Source: Octopus vulgaris (taxonomy: Eukaryota). From it: a stretch of 64,000 nt of DNA. The stretch spans positions 134,106,001 to 134,170,000 of the forward strand of contig OX597816.1 of the NCBI GenBank assembly GCA_951406725.2, read 5' to 3'. Shown in pieces: positions 23,576 to 37,839 of this stretch; position 1 is the first letter of the stretch, and every line of letters starts with the position of its first letter. The position numbers were made by a program, and so were the translations under genes. Under the pieces are notes generated by a model that worked only from the letters and a program-made list of their open reading frames with translations, was not told the origin of the DNA and did not search any database.

Positions 23576-25062
23576 GTCATGATCTCTGCAACAGATTAGA
23601 AAATTTGCCCATGACGATTCATAGAATGAATATTTTAAATATCTGCTGTAAATTGTGCAAGATATGATTGATATCGAACATTTTTCATCCCACAAGCATT
23701 GAATATGAAGGATTTGTGAAATATTTATGATTATAAGAGTTTTAAAATAAATTTAAATAGTTTAAAGTTTAGTTTTTTTGTTTATTTTCGCTATTCTCGT
23801 GCTAAGATACTATTTCATATGTTCGTTTAAACTTATAGGTGTCCAATTTTTAAATATTTAAGACCTAAATTGGCTTTGATATCAAAGGGACGAATTTACT
23901 CAAGAAAAGGACGAATTCATTTGAGCAAAGGACGAATTCGTTAGAGAAGGGTACAAATTCAATCGGGAAATACTGTCGTAAACCCATTGTATCTTATATT
24001 GACATAAAACTCTTTGTATTTTTAATCGAAACATACTTAGGCTTGTCTCGACTCGTTAGCTTTATCAATCTATATTGTCTTTCCTCTATCAGTTCTAAAT
24101 TTAAATTGGTATAGAGGGTACAAAAATGCATATACATGCCCCAAATTACCTTCCTAAGTTGTTCCAAAAATTCCATGCTAGTTCCATTAGCGTAGCTAAT
24201 GTGCGTGCCGCTCGGGGCGGCCCTTCCATTTTCCGCCCCCGGACCCCTTACCCCTAGCTACACTAGCGACTATCCTAAAGCTTCATAATTTTTGATAAGT
24301 GACTTTACAATATTTCACAAATACTGCTTTAACCACACATCTTCCTGAACTAAAATCGCTATTTGTCAATTTGTACTTTTCTTTGCTTCAGCAATAAATC
24401 TACTTTTATAAGGCATCTTGTGTAACTTGGGAATCATAAATGTTTAGGAATACAACAATTATTTTTTTTTCCACACAGCTGCCATTCACCTCTCCAATTT
24501 TAAATTTGAATTCCTCTATAATTGCTTCGATTTCTGTAACTGATTCATTTATAGCATTACTTCAGAAATTATAATTTATTGGTTCTCCTAATGTGATGAC
24601 CAAAACCATCACATAATATTTCTTACATACACTTACAAAATTACCTGCCTATATTATAACATTTTTTATTCAACTCATTTAGGTATTGTCTAACTAGTTA
24701 TTTTCTTCTTTTTTTTTTTTTTTTTTTACAAATGACCGATTCTTTTACAACAGTTATATCGAACTTCCTATTTCTTCCCGTTTTTATTCCTCAAAAAATT
24801 TCCGCTGAAATATATATATATATATATATATATCGAGCGACTTCTAAGCTAGCTCATGTGGAGGGCTCTTCATTGGGCCTTGGGCCCAACAATGACATTT
24901 CATGCATATTAAATTTTACTAAACTTGACCAATATTTTCGAGCAATGAACAAATTTCATCAAAATGCTATAATTTGTCGACTTGGAACTTATTGCAAAGC
25001 TGCATGATAAACATTTTTTGTCTTCCCATTCGGGGGTCAATACAATTTTTTTTCTGTCTAAC

Positions 25063-25147
<85 letters not shown>

Positions 25148-25164
25148 ACTAATGACGCTCTAGA

Positions 25165-25480
25165 AGTTGAGGGAACTTGCTACGAAGTTCTTCCCCACCC
25201 AGTTTATTCCCCAGATCTTTCTCCTACCGACTACCACTTTTTCAAGCATCTTGATGGTTTCCTGCTAGAGAAGGAGTTCAAAAATCAAACTGATGCTGAA
25301 AGTACGTTCAAAGAGTTCATCAGCTCTAGAACTCTAGATTTTCATGGTACCAGAATAAACAAACTTGTAATTCGTTGGCAAAAAAGTGTTGATTGTAATG
25401 GTACTTACTTTGATGAATAAAATTTCTGCATTGTTAAAATATATTGTTTCAAAACGTTGCTTACTTTTTACTCAGCCTGA
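25165..25480 (+). mobile_element. Mariner 3' fragment
   Basis: YEVLPHPVYSPDLSPTDYHFFKHLDGFL...INKLVIRWQKSVDCNGTYFDE*, followed by a TIR-like TTACTTTTTACTCAGCCT. Confidence 0.9.
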
Positions 25481-25800
25481 GGGTGCGTAAGATATTTGAG
25501 GACAGATTTATGTTTATAAAAAAAAAAGATATATAATAACAGATAATAACTTCATTTATCACAAAGTGCTATAAACCTTCTTTTCTATAATGTTATTCAA
25601 TAAAACTACCTTCAGCTTCACCAACTGCTTCTATATGGGATCTAAATTATCTACATACTCGAACCAAGTGGTCCTGGTTCATTCTGACTATGGCAGCTTT
25701 CAAATAATCTTTGGTGTTATGGGCGTGTTCATTGGCCTTTCTCTCAACAACGTTCCACATGGAATTGAGATTGGGGAATTAGGAGGCCAAATGCTGATCA
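25480..25800 (-). mobile_element. Tc1/maT (DD37D-like) transposase C-terminal fragment
   Basis: Minus strand reads IWPPNSP..WNVVERKANEHAHNTKDYLKAAIVRMNQDHLVRVCR*FRSHIEAVGEAEGSFIE*. Confidence 0.75.
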
Positions 25801-26181
25801 CATGTGTGATGTCTTCTACAGAAATGTAACATAATCAACATTTTCTAAATATTTTGCAGATATTTTGTAAAAATCTCCTGCTCCGAATTGCAGACGCATA
25901 GCCCTCGAAGTGTGATGTGATGTAGAAGTCGCGAGTACAAAAAAGGCTGTATTTCATGTCGATATTACTGTCATCTTTTAGCGGTATTTCGTCAGCCGCT
26001 AGTTCTGAGTTCAAATTCTGTCGAGGTCGACTTTGCCTTTCATCCTTTCGGGGTCGATAAATTAAGTACCAGTTGCGCACTGGGTTCAATGTAATCGATT
26101 AGTCCTCTCCCACCAAATTTCAGGCCTAGTGCATTTAGTAGAAAGTATATTACTGTCATCTTTAAGTTTTTATGAAACATA

Positions 26182-27255
26182 CAGGGGTAGGCTGAAATGT
26201 TCATAAGTTGACTATGAAGTAATGATGTTAGACCTGTGAAATTTTGCATGCATTAATTCCAATCTTTCTTATTAATACCTGCGTTGTTTCGTTCCAGGTA
26301 GACTGACATCTGACTATTCAAAGAAGGCTTCGAAAGTAACTAGTAGAGACTTCTCTTGAAAAATGAACAAAATTTGGCATCGTGGTGTTCTCAAGTATCT
26401 GCAGGGAAAGGGTTTAGCCACACATAACATTCGTGCTTGCTACTTTAGGGGGGGATGACGCTCCAGCTTTATTAACAGTGCAAAAGTAGGCAGCTGAATC
26501 TAACAGGGGAACGGGAGAGTCTTGAAGATAACCCAATGCCTGGACGTTCTGCAACTGCCACCACCGAGGAAAATATTGATCGTGTTCGCCACATGCTGAT
26601 GGATGACAAGCGATTGACTATAAATCAAATAACCAATGCTATTAGCATATCCCGTGAGTGGGTTGAGAATATTCTGTACAATGAACTTGGCATGGTGAAG
26701 GTTTCTGTTCGGTGGGTGCTACGTATTCTGACATCTGATCAAAAGTGTACCAGTCTGATCATATTACGGGAAAATCTGACATTGTTTGAGGCAAATCCAG
26801 CTGGTTTCCTTGAACGTTTCCTAACCCAGGACGGGTGTTGGCTTCATCACTTTAAGCCAGAGACAAAGACACAATCCATGCCATGGAAACGCTCCACTCT
26901 TCCTCACCTGTTCCAAAGAAAGCCAGGGTCTTTTCATCTTCAGGGAAGATGACCTCAGTGTTTTGGGATGTAAAAGGCGTTGTATTTATTGGCTATCTTC
27001 AAAAGGACACGCCATCAATAAAGAGTACTCTGCCAACTTGCTGAGGAAGTTACGAAAGGATATCAAAACCAAACGCCCAGAAAAACTGGCGAAAGAGGTC
27101 TTGTTTCATCAAGACAATAGCATTGAAATGGTTCATTACCTTCTCTATTTTGCTGATTTGGGTACGTCTGACTATCATTTGTTCCACAACGTGAAAAACC
27201 ACTTGGTTGGGAACCAGTATCGCAGAGATGATGATGTTACATCTGCTGTTGCTAC
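26182..27255 (+). mobile_element. Degenerate mariner transposon (second family), 3'-truncated
   Basis: TA|CAGGGGTAGGCTGAAA TIR-like start. MNKIWHRGVLKYL, PGRSATATTEENIDRV, VSVRWVLRIL, FLTQDGCWLHHF, VLFHQDN and DLGTSDYHLF, with several frameshifts. Confidence 0.88.
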
Positions 27256-27259
27256 CAGT

Positions 27260-29060
27260 TACTTTAAAAGTTTGAACAATCTTTGAACGAAACAATGCAC
27301 TTTTTATTAGAAGAGTTGAAATTAATGCATGCTATATTTCACAGCCCTACTATCACTGCTTCGTAGTCAGCCAATAAACTTTTCAACCCACACTCGTACC
27401 CTTGCATAGTCTTTGGTATGCTGAGCAATTTCACATCTAGGTCTTCTTTTAGACATGTTTGTCCAGCTGTTTCGGGGTTGTATGGGACAACGTCAGAAAA
27501 TGTATATTTCCTGAAGAGCTCACTGAGGACTCGTAGGATGTTATTCTCTTCGCTTTTCAACACTAGATTTATATATTTTGCTGCTGATGTTTAGCAAGTA
27601 CTGAGAGACACTATACAACATTCAAAAACTGCCTACACTGATGCCAAGCCTCTATTTTCTTCTTCACTTCTGAATCTGTGGAATTTTCCACTTAATGACA
27701 GGATCTTGAGGGTTTTAATGTCTATAGAATGGACTTTCTCTGCAAACTAGTCAAGTATCTCACATGTTGGTATCAGAACTCGTATAGCAAATGCATTGTG
27801 AGATATTGTCTTGCTGTAAGAGGGGTACTCCGACTGCCATATTTTTCTAAGTCTGGTAAAATATTTTTTCTAAATCTGGTAAAATATTGTTGGAGTGACC
27901 CGAGAATGTATCATACCTTAGTATGATATATTTTCATCAATACCTAGATATTTATAGCATTCTTTGTGGAACAGAAGAGATAGTGAAACCGTTCTGCGTT
28001 TGGGGGAGATTTTCACGTTCAATAATCAGATGCGAACATTTCTTTTAGCCAAATTCCATTCCTGTATCCACTGAAAACGCTGTTATTCCAGCTACATTTT
28101 GGCATTGTAAACATTTTTAGCATAGATTTTGAGATTATCCACAAAAACAGGTACCGGTTGCATTGGTATCTGTAGCAGTTGCAGATCCTGGCATGTAGTT
28201 ATTGGGATTTTGTAAAAGAAACGACATACCAAAATAAACAAAACTACAAAAAGACTATCTCTTTGAAATATTTATGACATCAGAGACAATCGTTCTGTTC
28301 TTACTTCAAGTGTGAGGATTGTTGCCCAGATCTTTGTAATTTTCTCAGTGGCAGCAGTTATCTTCCCCAAATGCAGAAACATTAGCAACCAAGAGTCGAT
28401 TGCTTTTCTACAATCAAACCATACTGTTACAATGCTTCTGCAGCGTTTTCTTACTTCGAACAGCACAACTTTATCAATAGTTGTTCGACACATCGTCACA
28501 TCTTTCTACTTGCGTGTATTGTTGGACTCACAATGATGCTGGAAGTTAAGGCAGCTTATGTAAAGCTTGTGCATAAAAGCTTAGGCAAGCAATGTGCTTA
28601 TTGTTTTCTGCCAACTCGATGATTTCATTCTAGGCTACAAGATTCGTCCATGCTATGGCAAACCAATTTGGATGTCAATGTGGCCTTCTGTGTGTGGTTC
28701 ATATTAATAGCTTCCTGTAGAAGTTCAGCAATTCTTTTCCAGGTGCCTTCCCATAATGTATTTTGCTTACAGCTCTAGTGAAAGTTTCGACGTCGATTGT
28801 GTATGCTTTGCTGTCGATGTAGATACAGTACTTTCCTAACTGTAAGCATTCTAGATGGAATCACTCTTTTCGTTCCAGATCTTAGATCAGAATGATTCAA
28901 AATCTTCCTGAGAAGGGGCTTTCTTAACACTAATTCTGTTCTTTCTCATTTCCCAGTATAATTCTTGTGGATAGGAAGCAAGCTTGTTATTTATACTAAC
29001 TTGAAAAATTTTCTCCATTAACGAAGCTTTTCACTCAGCGTCCTGAGTTCGTGCTTCAAA
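27260..29060 (-). mobile_element. Degenerate non-LTR retrotransposon RT (R4/Dong-like)
   Basis: Minus-strand motifs GKAPG, VWFDCRKAIDS-WL, IFQRDSL, FVDNLKIYA and YKYLGIDENISY. Confidence 0.75.
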
Positions 29061-32000
29061 GTAATTAGCTCGTACTTTAAAGTATTTCCTTAAGTTGTTG
29101 GCGTGAAGATCCACAATAGAGTTTTGTTATTTTTTTTTTCATAACATGTAATTGGCGATGTATGAACTCATTACTCTCTTTGCATTATATTATCGTGGTT
29201 AACCATTCAATATGGTGGTGCAGATTGTTGATGTTTTCTTCAAGTTTTGCTTTCCATTTGGGTTGCTTTCGTTCAGTTATTTTATTAGCACATGCACTTC
29301 AGATTTCTCTTACGTGTTCTTTAAGAGTGATAGCAGCTGTGAAGGTTTTAATTGTCCGTTCTCCAGCAACATCACCGATAACTTTTAACAATGTGATCAG
29401 TTGACTTTTTCTTTAAATCGTTAAGAACAGCCTGTCACTCAACAAGGAAGTGTTTTTACGAACTGTTATTTCAAAATGTGTATAAATAAAAACGCGCGCA
29501 CACGCACACACTTGCCATTCTATTTTAATTTCTAGTTGAAACCATTTCATTTCATTCGTACAATTTTGAGGAAAGATATGAATGATATCACACAAGAATA
29601 AATTTCTGTATCTGTGGTAACATGCATTCTCACTGCTGGCAAACAGAAACATTAACAAGTTATCATCCATTTAGTTATTCCACTAATTCTACACACAAAA
29701 GACCTGTTTTACTTTTTTTTTATTCTCTAGACTTCATTTCGATAATCAGTTTGGTTACTACAAATCTTTAAACAATTCAATAATCTCGTGTTATTCTAAC
29801 AATTCGTTCTGGCTGTGAATGGAGACAGAATACAACACTAATGACTACATACAAACACGTTTTTTTTTTTCCTACTGAGATCCAACTTAGTCAAAGTGAT
29901 TTCACATCATGGTGCTGAGACAGTCTTCGTTGAAATTAAAATTTCATCTGTTCCCACTTCTACCCAGTTGCTTCACATATGAGAGAGGCAGAAGGATTAA
30001 TACTAGAACAAGACAAGAAAAGAACTCGTCTTCCAGCAGATGTAGCTATTCTTTAAGAGTCATCAATGCAAATCAACCCTTCATGAATTAGTGAGGGAAC
30101 CTCTATGCGGTCGATGGAGTGGCTAGAAAAAACAGCCAAATCTCCCTCAAAGCCTTCTCATTTTAAATAAAGGAGCGTATAAGACAGTGTAATCACTAAC
30201 ATACAAAAAGACGGGATAGGTATGGTTTGAATGCCTCTGATGAAAAGTCAGCACAAACAAGTCTAACAGTGAACTAATAGCGATGGCGGTTGCTGTCGGG
30301 ACTACTAACGGAAACAACCGAATGTATATTGCTATTTAGTTACCTTCACACAACTAAATATACGTGCTTGATATACACTGTCTATATTTACATTCATACA
30401 CGTGGTTGGTGGTATGTTTACGTAATATAAATATTTTAAGTACACAGCCTGTATTTATATATAATTTGTAGAAAAGATAATCATAATTCATAAGAAAGAA
30501 AAAAAAAATTTCTGCGGCCGCTATTTGCTTACTTGCTGTATTTGCACACCGATTTTCAACCAAGAACTAAATAGCCTTTTACGATAATACAGAGCATCAT
30601 ATCGATTGCCGATATACTACTGCCGCTATCAAAAAGAAAATGTCCAGTTTCAGTGTACACAGAAAGTAATTTGTTTTAGCAACGTTGAATCTTAGTTGAA
30701 TGAGAGACATTATCAAAATATAGTTTGTTACTCTTCGCATTATGCAGCATTTTTTCCCTTTCTTTCTTTTTTTTTCGTTTTAGATACAACTGAAACAAGA
30801 CATTTTCTTTTACTTTTTCAAAAAATTCATGCATAAGCTATACTCTTAATATAGGAGAAAAAAAACTCAGCACCCAAACAAAATTCACCAGCAGCTGTAT
30901 TTCAGTGCAAGAAATGCAAATAGCAGTCATGCATTAAAGTGCAGTGACATGCATTCAGTGCAAAAAAAAATAATAATAATGATAATAAAAGGAGAAAAAC
31001 CCAATATTTTCTTAATGAAGAAATGCCATCCACAGTTTACACCGGAATGTGAATTTAGCGCATTAAATCATCTTTCAAAAGCATCATTAATATTGAGAAT
31101 ATATAAATGCTGTTAATACCTATGGCTTAAATCAATGCAAAAGTCTTTGGAAGGAATAAATAAACCATGGTAGAATGGAAGAATGAAATAAATGAGGAGA
31201 CACTAATTTTAAAACCAAAGAAACAGTTCATGACAACATTGGAATCCTTTATTATTCAATTATTTTATATATTTATATTTGTTTTGTTTTTGTAACCATA
31301 TATAAGATAAAATAGGCAAAGCCTATAGTTAATTCTAAAAGATGGAATCAACAACAATAACAATAATCTCAAATGATGTTTGTGTAGATAACACTATTGG
31401 GATGATAAGCCATAGGAAGCTGGAAGAATAATGTTCTTGGTTTTATATATTGTTTTTATGTTTATACTATGAAAATGATTGCGAATATAGCTGGCTTGTT
31501 TTGTCATCCACACAGCAACTGAATTTTGTTTTGAGAATAGGATTACAAAATAATAACTATTGACAACATACTTTTATTTATTTATTCTTTTCTTTGGTCA
31601 GTAAGTGTTATTTCCTATTTGCTTCTATCAGAAATCAAAGAAAATTTCTACTATTCTCTTCAAACTTTGCTTTTTGTGACTTGAACATCAATGTTTTGAA
31701 ACTGACTTATTTTCCATTTCATTTCAGATTCAGTGCTGAGTTGCTGAAGCAGAAATATTGTTATAGCAAAGTTTGTAGAACTCATCAAAAAAAAAAAAAA
31801 AAAATTAGAAAATGAATTCATTACTTAGCTTAGATGAAAGCTAATAAAAGGGGAGGAAAATCAAATGTCACAACAAAAGTATCTTTGTGTGAGACAGTTT
31901 TACATTTTTCTGCCTAGAAATATTCTAGAGTATACTATTAATAATTCATAATAATATGATAACTTTCAGTGTCAAAGTGATCTTCAAACACACACACAAA

Positions 32001-35000
32001 CACAAAAAGAAAAGAAAGATAAAAGTGTTTTCTTAAAACATGAAAGCATCAGTAAATGGAATGAGATTTCAAAAACTATGATTATGATAGCATTATCTAT
32101 TTAATCCAAAGTGTATGAAATCAGTGTGTGTGTGTGTGTATGTGTGTATATATATATATATATAATGTATGTATACGTACACACATCAATATAGATATCA
32201 TTTACTTTCATAATAACAAACATGTAACTAAAAACTATGCCAGTGTTACTAAAGTTGTGAAACAGCAAAAGTAACCAGCTTCCATATCACAGATCAAACA
32301 TTATCAAACCAAATAATCTGTGATCTATAGCTTGTATTGTCTTTTTATATAAAAAGATTTGGTTTGGAGGATATTTTGGATCTTCAGAATCTTTTCTATT
32401 CTAATCCCACTTATGGCATAAACATATGCACACTTCAAGAGAATGATTAGCAGCTCATATAAGATCAGGTTTGTGAGAACCACATGTAACTTTTATATTG
32501 TATGATACTAAGATCTTTTTGAAGCATTAATGCCATTAACGCCAACAACATGCAGTCAGTTCATCCTTGCCTTCGCTACAAGAGAGCAATATTAAGCCTT
32601 CTTACTAAATTACAGATCTCATTCACATTCTTTATTTCTGTATATTAAACATTACATAAATCCCTTGTCTTGATAGATTCAGTTAAAAATATAGCTACTT
32701 ATGACTGCTCACCATTGCTCACCTTTAAGGCATCCTTATAATAGGTAAATTGAAACATGGACACATTTTGTGTGATTTTTTTAAAACACAATATGTTTCT
32801 GTAAGTCTATTTCAAAATGAAGATTTTAGGTCAATGTAAATTAAAGTAGTTCTAAACCAGTAATACATATGTTGAGTTGAAAATGGTTGCAATACAGTCT
32901 TAAAATAAACTATCTGCCTAGAGAAATTATTTTCACAAAGAGAACTTAAGAAGAGCTATATTATATGTGTACAATACTCTGGTGTATAAAGAAACTTCCA
33001 ATTTTTAACCTATACATTAAACTACTTTGAAATTTATACAAATGAAAGAACTACATGCTATATTACAAATGAAAATAAAAATAAAGAAGATATCAAAATT
33101 GGAAAATATTTAAAAGTAACACATTTTAGCCATTAAAACTGACTACTTTTCTGTTTGTGGAAAATTTATCCAGAAAAAAGAGCATGCAAGCATTATATAG
33201 CTACAAGGGCAACTATTGTATAATTAATAAAAGAAGAGAATGGAATATAAAACAGCTAAATTTTCTAAATCATAAAATTTAAACTCAGATAAACACACAC
33301 ACACACACACATACACATATTATATATATATAACAGAGAGAGAGAAAGAGATTATCATAAGTGAATATAAATCTTTAAAACACCTAAAAGACTAAAACTT
33401 CACAACTTTTGCTGAAGGCCTGAATTGCACTGAAGAAAGACCTTTGGATGCTTAATGCTCTAGCAAAAGGTCCTTGATAGTGATGAGGGTCAAATTTGAA
33501 GTCAATGAACTGGGAAGATCGAAAGTTGGCGCATGGCAAACAATTTCGCTGTCTTTTAACATATTCTTTTCTCCCAAATTCTTAACTTGTGATCAACAAA
33601 ACTATTCTGCTACTTCTGATAAATATAGAATCTAGTAACGAAATCAAATAACGAAAGGATGTAGCAGTTTATACACAAATTCTTAACAAAGACCATCTCA
33701 TCATAATTTAGGATTTATCTTGATGAAATATAATTTAGAATACATTGGAAGAAGTTTACATTGCAAACATAATTAATGATGTGATTGATACCAAACATGA
33801 TTGAATCTAAATAAGACAATCTTTGAAATTCCTTGAAATATTAAAGTTGAGATACTAACACAAAAGTATCTCTTTCTTTTATTTGTTTCAGTCATTAGAC
33901 TGTGGCCATGCTGGGGCACTGCCTATAAAATATATAAATGAATAAATAAGAAAGAGACTACAGTTAAACCGTCAAGTTTTTGGATCTCAGATATTTCTGA
34001 CAGAAGCTAGTTTTATTGTTTGCTTCGTTAAAATTCATAAAATAATAGGAAACTTGAACAAACCATGCCAATAAGATTTTTTTTAATCCTTACTGCATGA
34101 ATAAGCTTTTTTTAAAATCCTTACTGCATGAATAAGCTATGACTCAAAACACATAAAAGACTGTACTGTCTATGATTCCAAATTTTTTTAACCCTTTCCT
34201 TACTATATTGCTTTCAAACTACACAGTTCTTGATTCAGTTAATTTTAAAAATAATGAAAAATTTAACATTATAACCTTGTGAATATTAAGCAGGTGTGTG
34301 GGACATAAATAATATGCAATTTTGATGGGTGGTTATAATTTAGATCACTTTAAAACAGTGTATTTGAATCATAGAATCAAGGGCAGTTTCAGGCAGTTTG
34401 ATATTAGAAGGTTTTAACTCAGAATCATAAATATCTTTTAGCTTTCAATATCATTAATTGGAACAATCATGGAAAATAGTTATTATTCTAGTTAAAGTGA
34501 GTTGCTAATGTTTAACAACCCAACATACTAATTACCAACACAGGAGCTACAAAGAAGTCAGATAATGACTTAAAAATATATATAAGTCATTTCTTTTAAA
34601 ATGTGTACAAAATTGAAAGACATTCCTCACTACAACAAATATTTCCTCAAAATATTTATTAAAGTATAAAAATTGGAAGGCTTTGAGTTTTAGAACAGAT
34701 TAAAACAAGTTCAATTTCAGTTTGAAAATCTATCCAACAATTATCAAAAAATTTTATTTTATATTTACTTCCTTGACTTAAGGTTAATTTGATACAATTC
34801 ATTAAAATAATAAGATATATTACTATCATAATTTTAGGTCTAATATTCCATGATTTGGACGGTATAATATATGCACATACGTACATATATACATATGCAT
34901 GTGAGTATGTATTCATACATGTAAAATCCTTTTGTAAAAAGGGGACATTGATAAATAGGCCAGTGACAAGAATATATAAAGATTTTTAAAAATTCTCATC

Positions 35001-37354
35001 ATAAGATAGAATGAAAAGAGATTTTTTCCCAGAACTTGATATGCCAATCTTTTTAAATAGCTACATAATCTTAAGAAGAAAAAAAAAAAGAAAAAAACCA
35101 TGGTGTTGTAATGTAATTTAGTTATTTCAATTTACTCAGTTATCATTGCAGAAGCAGAAACAAGTGAATTATATGTGTGAAAAAAAAAAAAAAAAAAACA
35201 TACTAAAAAAGCATTTATTATAATACTAAAACAGTGCTTTGCAAGAATCTATATTACCCAAATAAAAGCTGTGCTGACAAAACTAGAGAGAATTCTAAAT
35301 GAATACTTTAAGGCAGTGCAAAGTGAAAAGTACAGGTGCAAGTGAATAAAGTCAAAAGAAAACAGTTCTCTTAGGATAAAATAAATAAATAAAAATATAC
35401 AGAGATAAACGGACAGTGTTAATGGAAAAACAAATGAGCAAACAAAAATGAAATAAACAAATAGCTTGGTCTAGTTATGTTAGATTTATTAGTTCTTTCC
35501 ATAAAGTAGTCATTTGGCTTCTTTCAGAACTTTGAGAGAAAATATCTGAAAATCATATACAGGAAATATCTTCAGCTGCAACACATAGCATGGCATTGCA
35601 GTTACATGCACAAGCTAAACAGCAACAAATGATACAATAATGTAATTACACACTAACTCTTCCCTTAAAACTGATCACTTTATTACACTGATCATTGGGA
35701 AGTAGTATGAAACATTCAACATACTATCAAACATATTAATAATAAATAGTTAAAGTAGTTGATTTAATAGAATTTACAGTGATTCTCATGCAAACTAATG
35801 TCAATGAAACACAATAACAAAGGCAATAGCAGTAAAAGAAACTATGTAAACTGAAGAAGGAAATTTATATTAAAAGCAACACACTTTGTTTCAATAACTT
35901 TTGACTGATGGAAAGAAAAATAAATCTTCTAGTTATTTTTTTTTTTATTTTCTTTCTTCTTTTTTTATAGAAATAAGATAAAAATCATCTGATATCATTC
36001 ATACATTAATAATTCATTCACATACTGTATTTAGGTGGTATTCGAGTTACAATCATAAACCTCTAAACAGTTGACAGCAGCCAATAAAAATATTAAGGGA
36101 GGTGTTTGAAAATCTAAATGGAAATGTATTTTTCTGTAAGATCAATAAAAAAAAAACTAATATTTTCAAGTTTAAATTTTTTTTTTTTAACTGGAAGTAT
36201 AAATATTTAAAAAAAAAGTGTTCAGTTCTTCTAATATTCAGTGAGAGTAATCCAGAATATTCAATGAGAAATCCTGAGAAAACCAAGGTCTTGTAAAATA
36301 CACAGAGTGCAATTGACAGCTAGTAAACTTTGGTCAGATACTCAAGAGGTGAGCAGCAGCTGGACTAAAATAAATGATCCAACACAAACTGCAGGCAGTT
36401 AGAGTCAGGATTGAAAGAGCCATATCTGAGAGACCTACAGTCCACAAGTGTATCTATGGTGTCTAGGTTAAAAACAAATGTATTGGATAGCTACAGTTAG
36501 GATATGAGAGAACCAGTTGTGACAAATGTAATAGGTTGTATGGAATTTGATAAAACAGGTTTATACACATCCACATGTAGACAACTATAATTTAAACACA
36601 TCAATAAGATGGTGTCAAAGATATCTATTAATAGTTAGTCTCTTATAAAAGAGCACAATGGTATTTTGAGTAAGATCTGCCAAACTAAAATTAGTCTTTT
36701 CAGAAATAAATTACTTTCATCTAAATATATAAATTAATTTTCATTGCAGCCTTATTTATGCATTCACATAGAATTTATTTAATTATTATCTGTAACATAT
36801 TTATAGAAATTTAGAAATATTTTGGAATACACTTCCTCTACGAGAACATAATGATACATATTTTTAAGAAAGATTTTTAAAAAAATGCTATAAAAGTTGT
36901 TTTTGACTCAGAAAGCTAAATACTGAGATTTCAAATTTGAAAAGCTATATATGATAAGATGTTAAAATACTATCAAATAGAAACTGCAGGATATTAAATG
37001 GTAATTAAATAACAAATCCTGTTACAATAATATGGGTACCTCAAATACTGAACCCTAATGAGCAGTTAGGTACTAATTTATCTGAGAGGAAACTCCAGAA
37101 GTTTTACAACAAAGATCACACAATTTCTTTCAGTTGATTACCCCATTTAAAAGATACTATTTATACAGAAACTAGCTATAAGAATGCCACATAATAAGTG
37201 GATGAATTGGCATGAGATAAAACCCAGAGTCATTCAGAATATAAAATCAAATAAATGGAATTATTAATAAAGTTGGAGAAACTGCTTAAATTTAATTTAT
37301 AGAAGTGTAGGTAGAGGTGTATATTGACAGGGATCTATTTACAAAAAAAAATTA

Positions 37355-37595
37355 TTATAATAAAAGGTGCAGGTTTTAATTGAGAAAAATTTACAACAAA
37401 TAGTTTTTAGTAATATATTTAAAACAAAAAAGTGTTTTAGTTTCTTAACAATTCTACTCTGCTTTGCACAACAATTCAGTTGCCCAGGATTTCAAAGTGT
37501 TGAAGGTGGACTTAGATGCTGGCTGCTCAAAATCTGTGTCGATCAAATAACAAGTAGTCATATCTTAAGCTGGCAGAGGAATTCATTCAAGTTTC
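37355..37595 (-). other. MLF: Probable non-coding terminal (3'-UTR) exon of MLF; 3' end uncertain
   Basis: Strong acceptor (long T/C tract then AG at 37597-37596) pairs with the donor G|GTAAAT at 40063. ATTAAA at 37380-37375 is followed by a U-rich tract. Confidence 0.5.
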
Positions 37596-37839
37596 CTAAA
37601 AAAAAAAAAGAGAGAAAAAAGAATATTAAAATTTTGAATAGCAAATTAAAATCACATAAACTTAGGCATAGGTATGTGGTAAGAAGTTTGCTTCCCAACC
37701 ACATGCTTCTGGGTTCAATCCCACTGTGTGGAACCTTGGGTTAAGTGTTTTCTACCATGATCCTGGACCAACCAAAGCCTTGAGAATGGATTTGGTAAAC
37801 AGAAATTGAAAGAAGCCAGTCTTATATACATATTATCAC

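Noticed and set aside
23886-23970. GGACGAATT repeated with a 21-bp period, CRISPR-like at first sight
   Set aside because: Only 4 units, a 9-bp repeat, related spacers, no cas genes and a eukaryotic context. More likely subterminal repeats of a DNA transposon.
33480-33620. C/D-box snoRNA-like GTGATGA...CTGA on the + strand
   Set aside because: Antisense to the host gene, with no terminal stem or recognisable rRNA guide.
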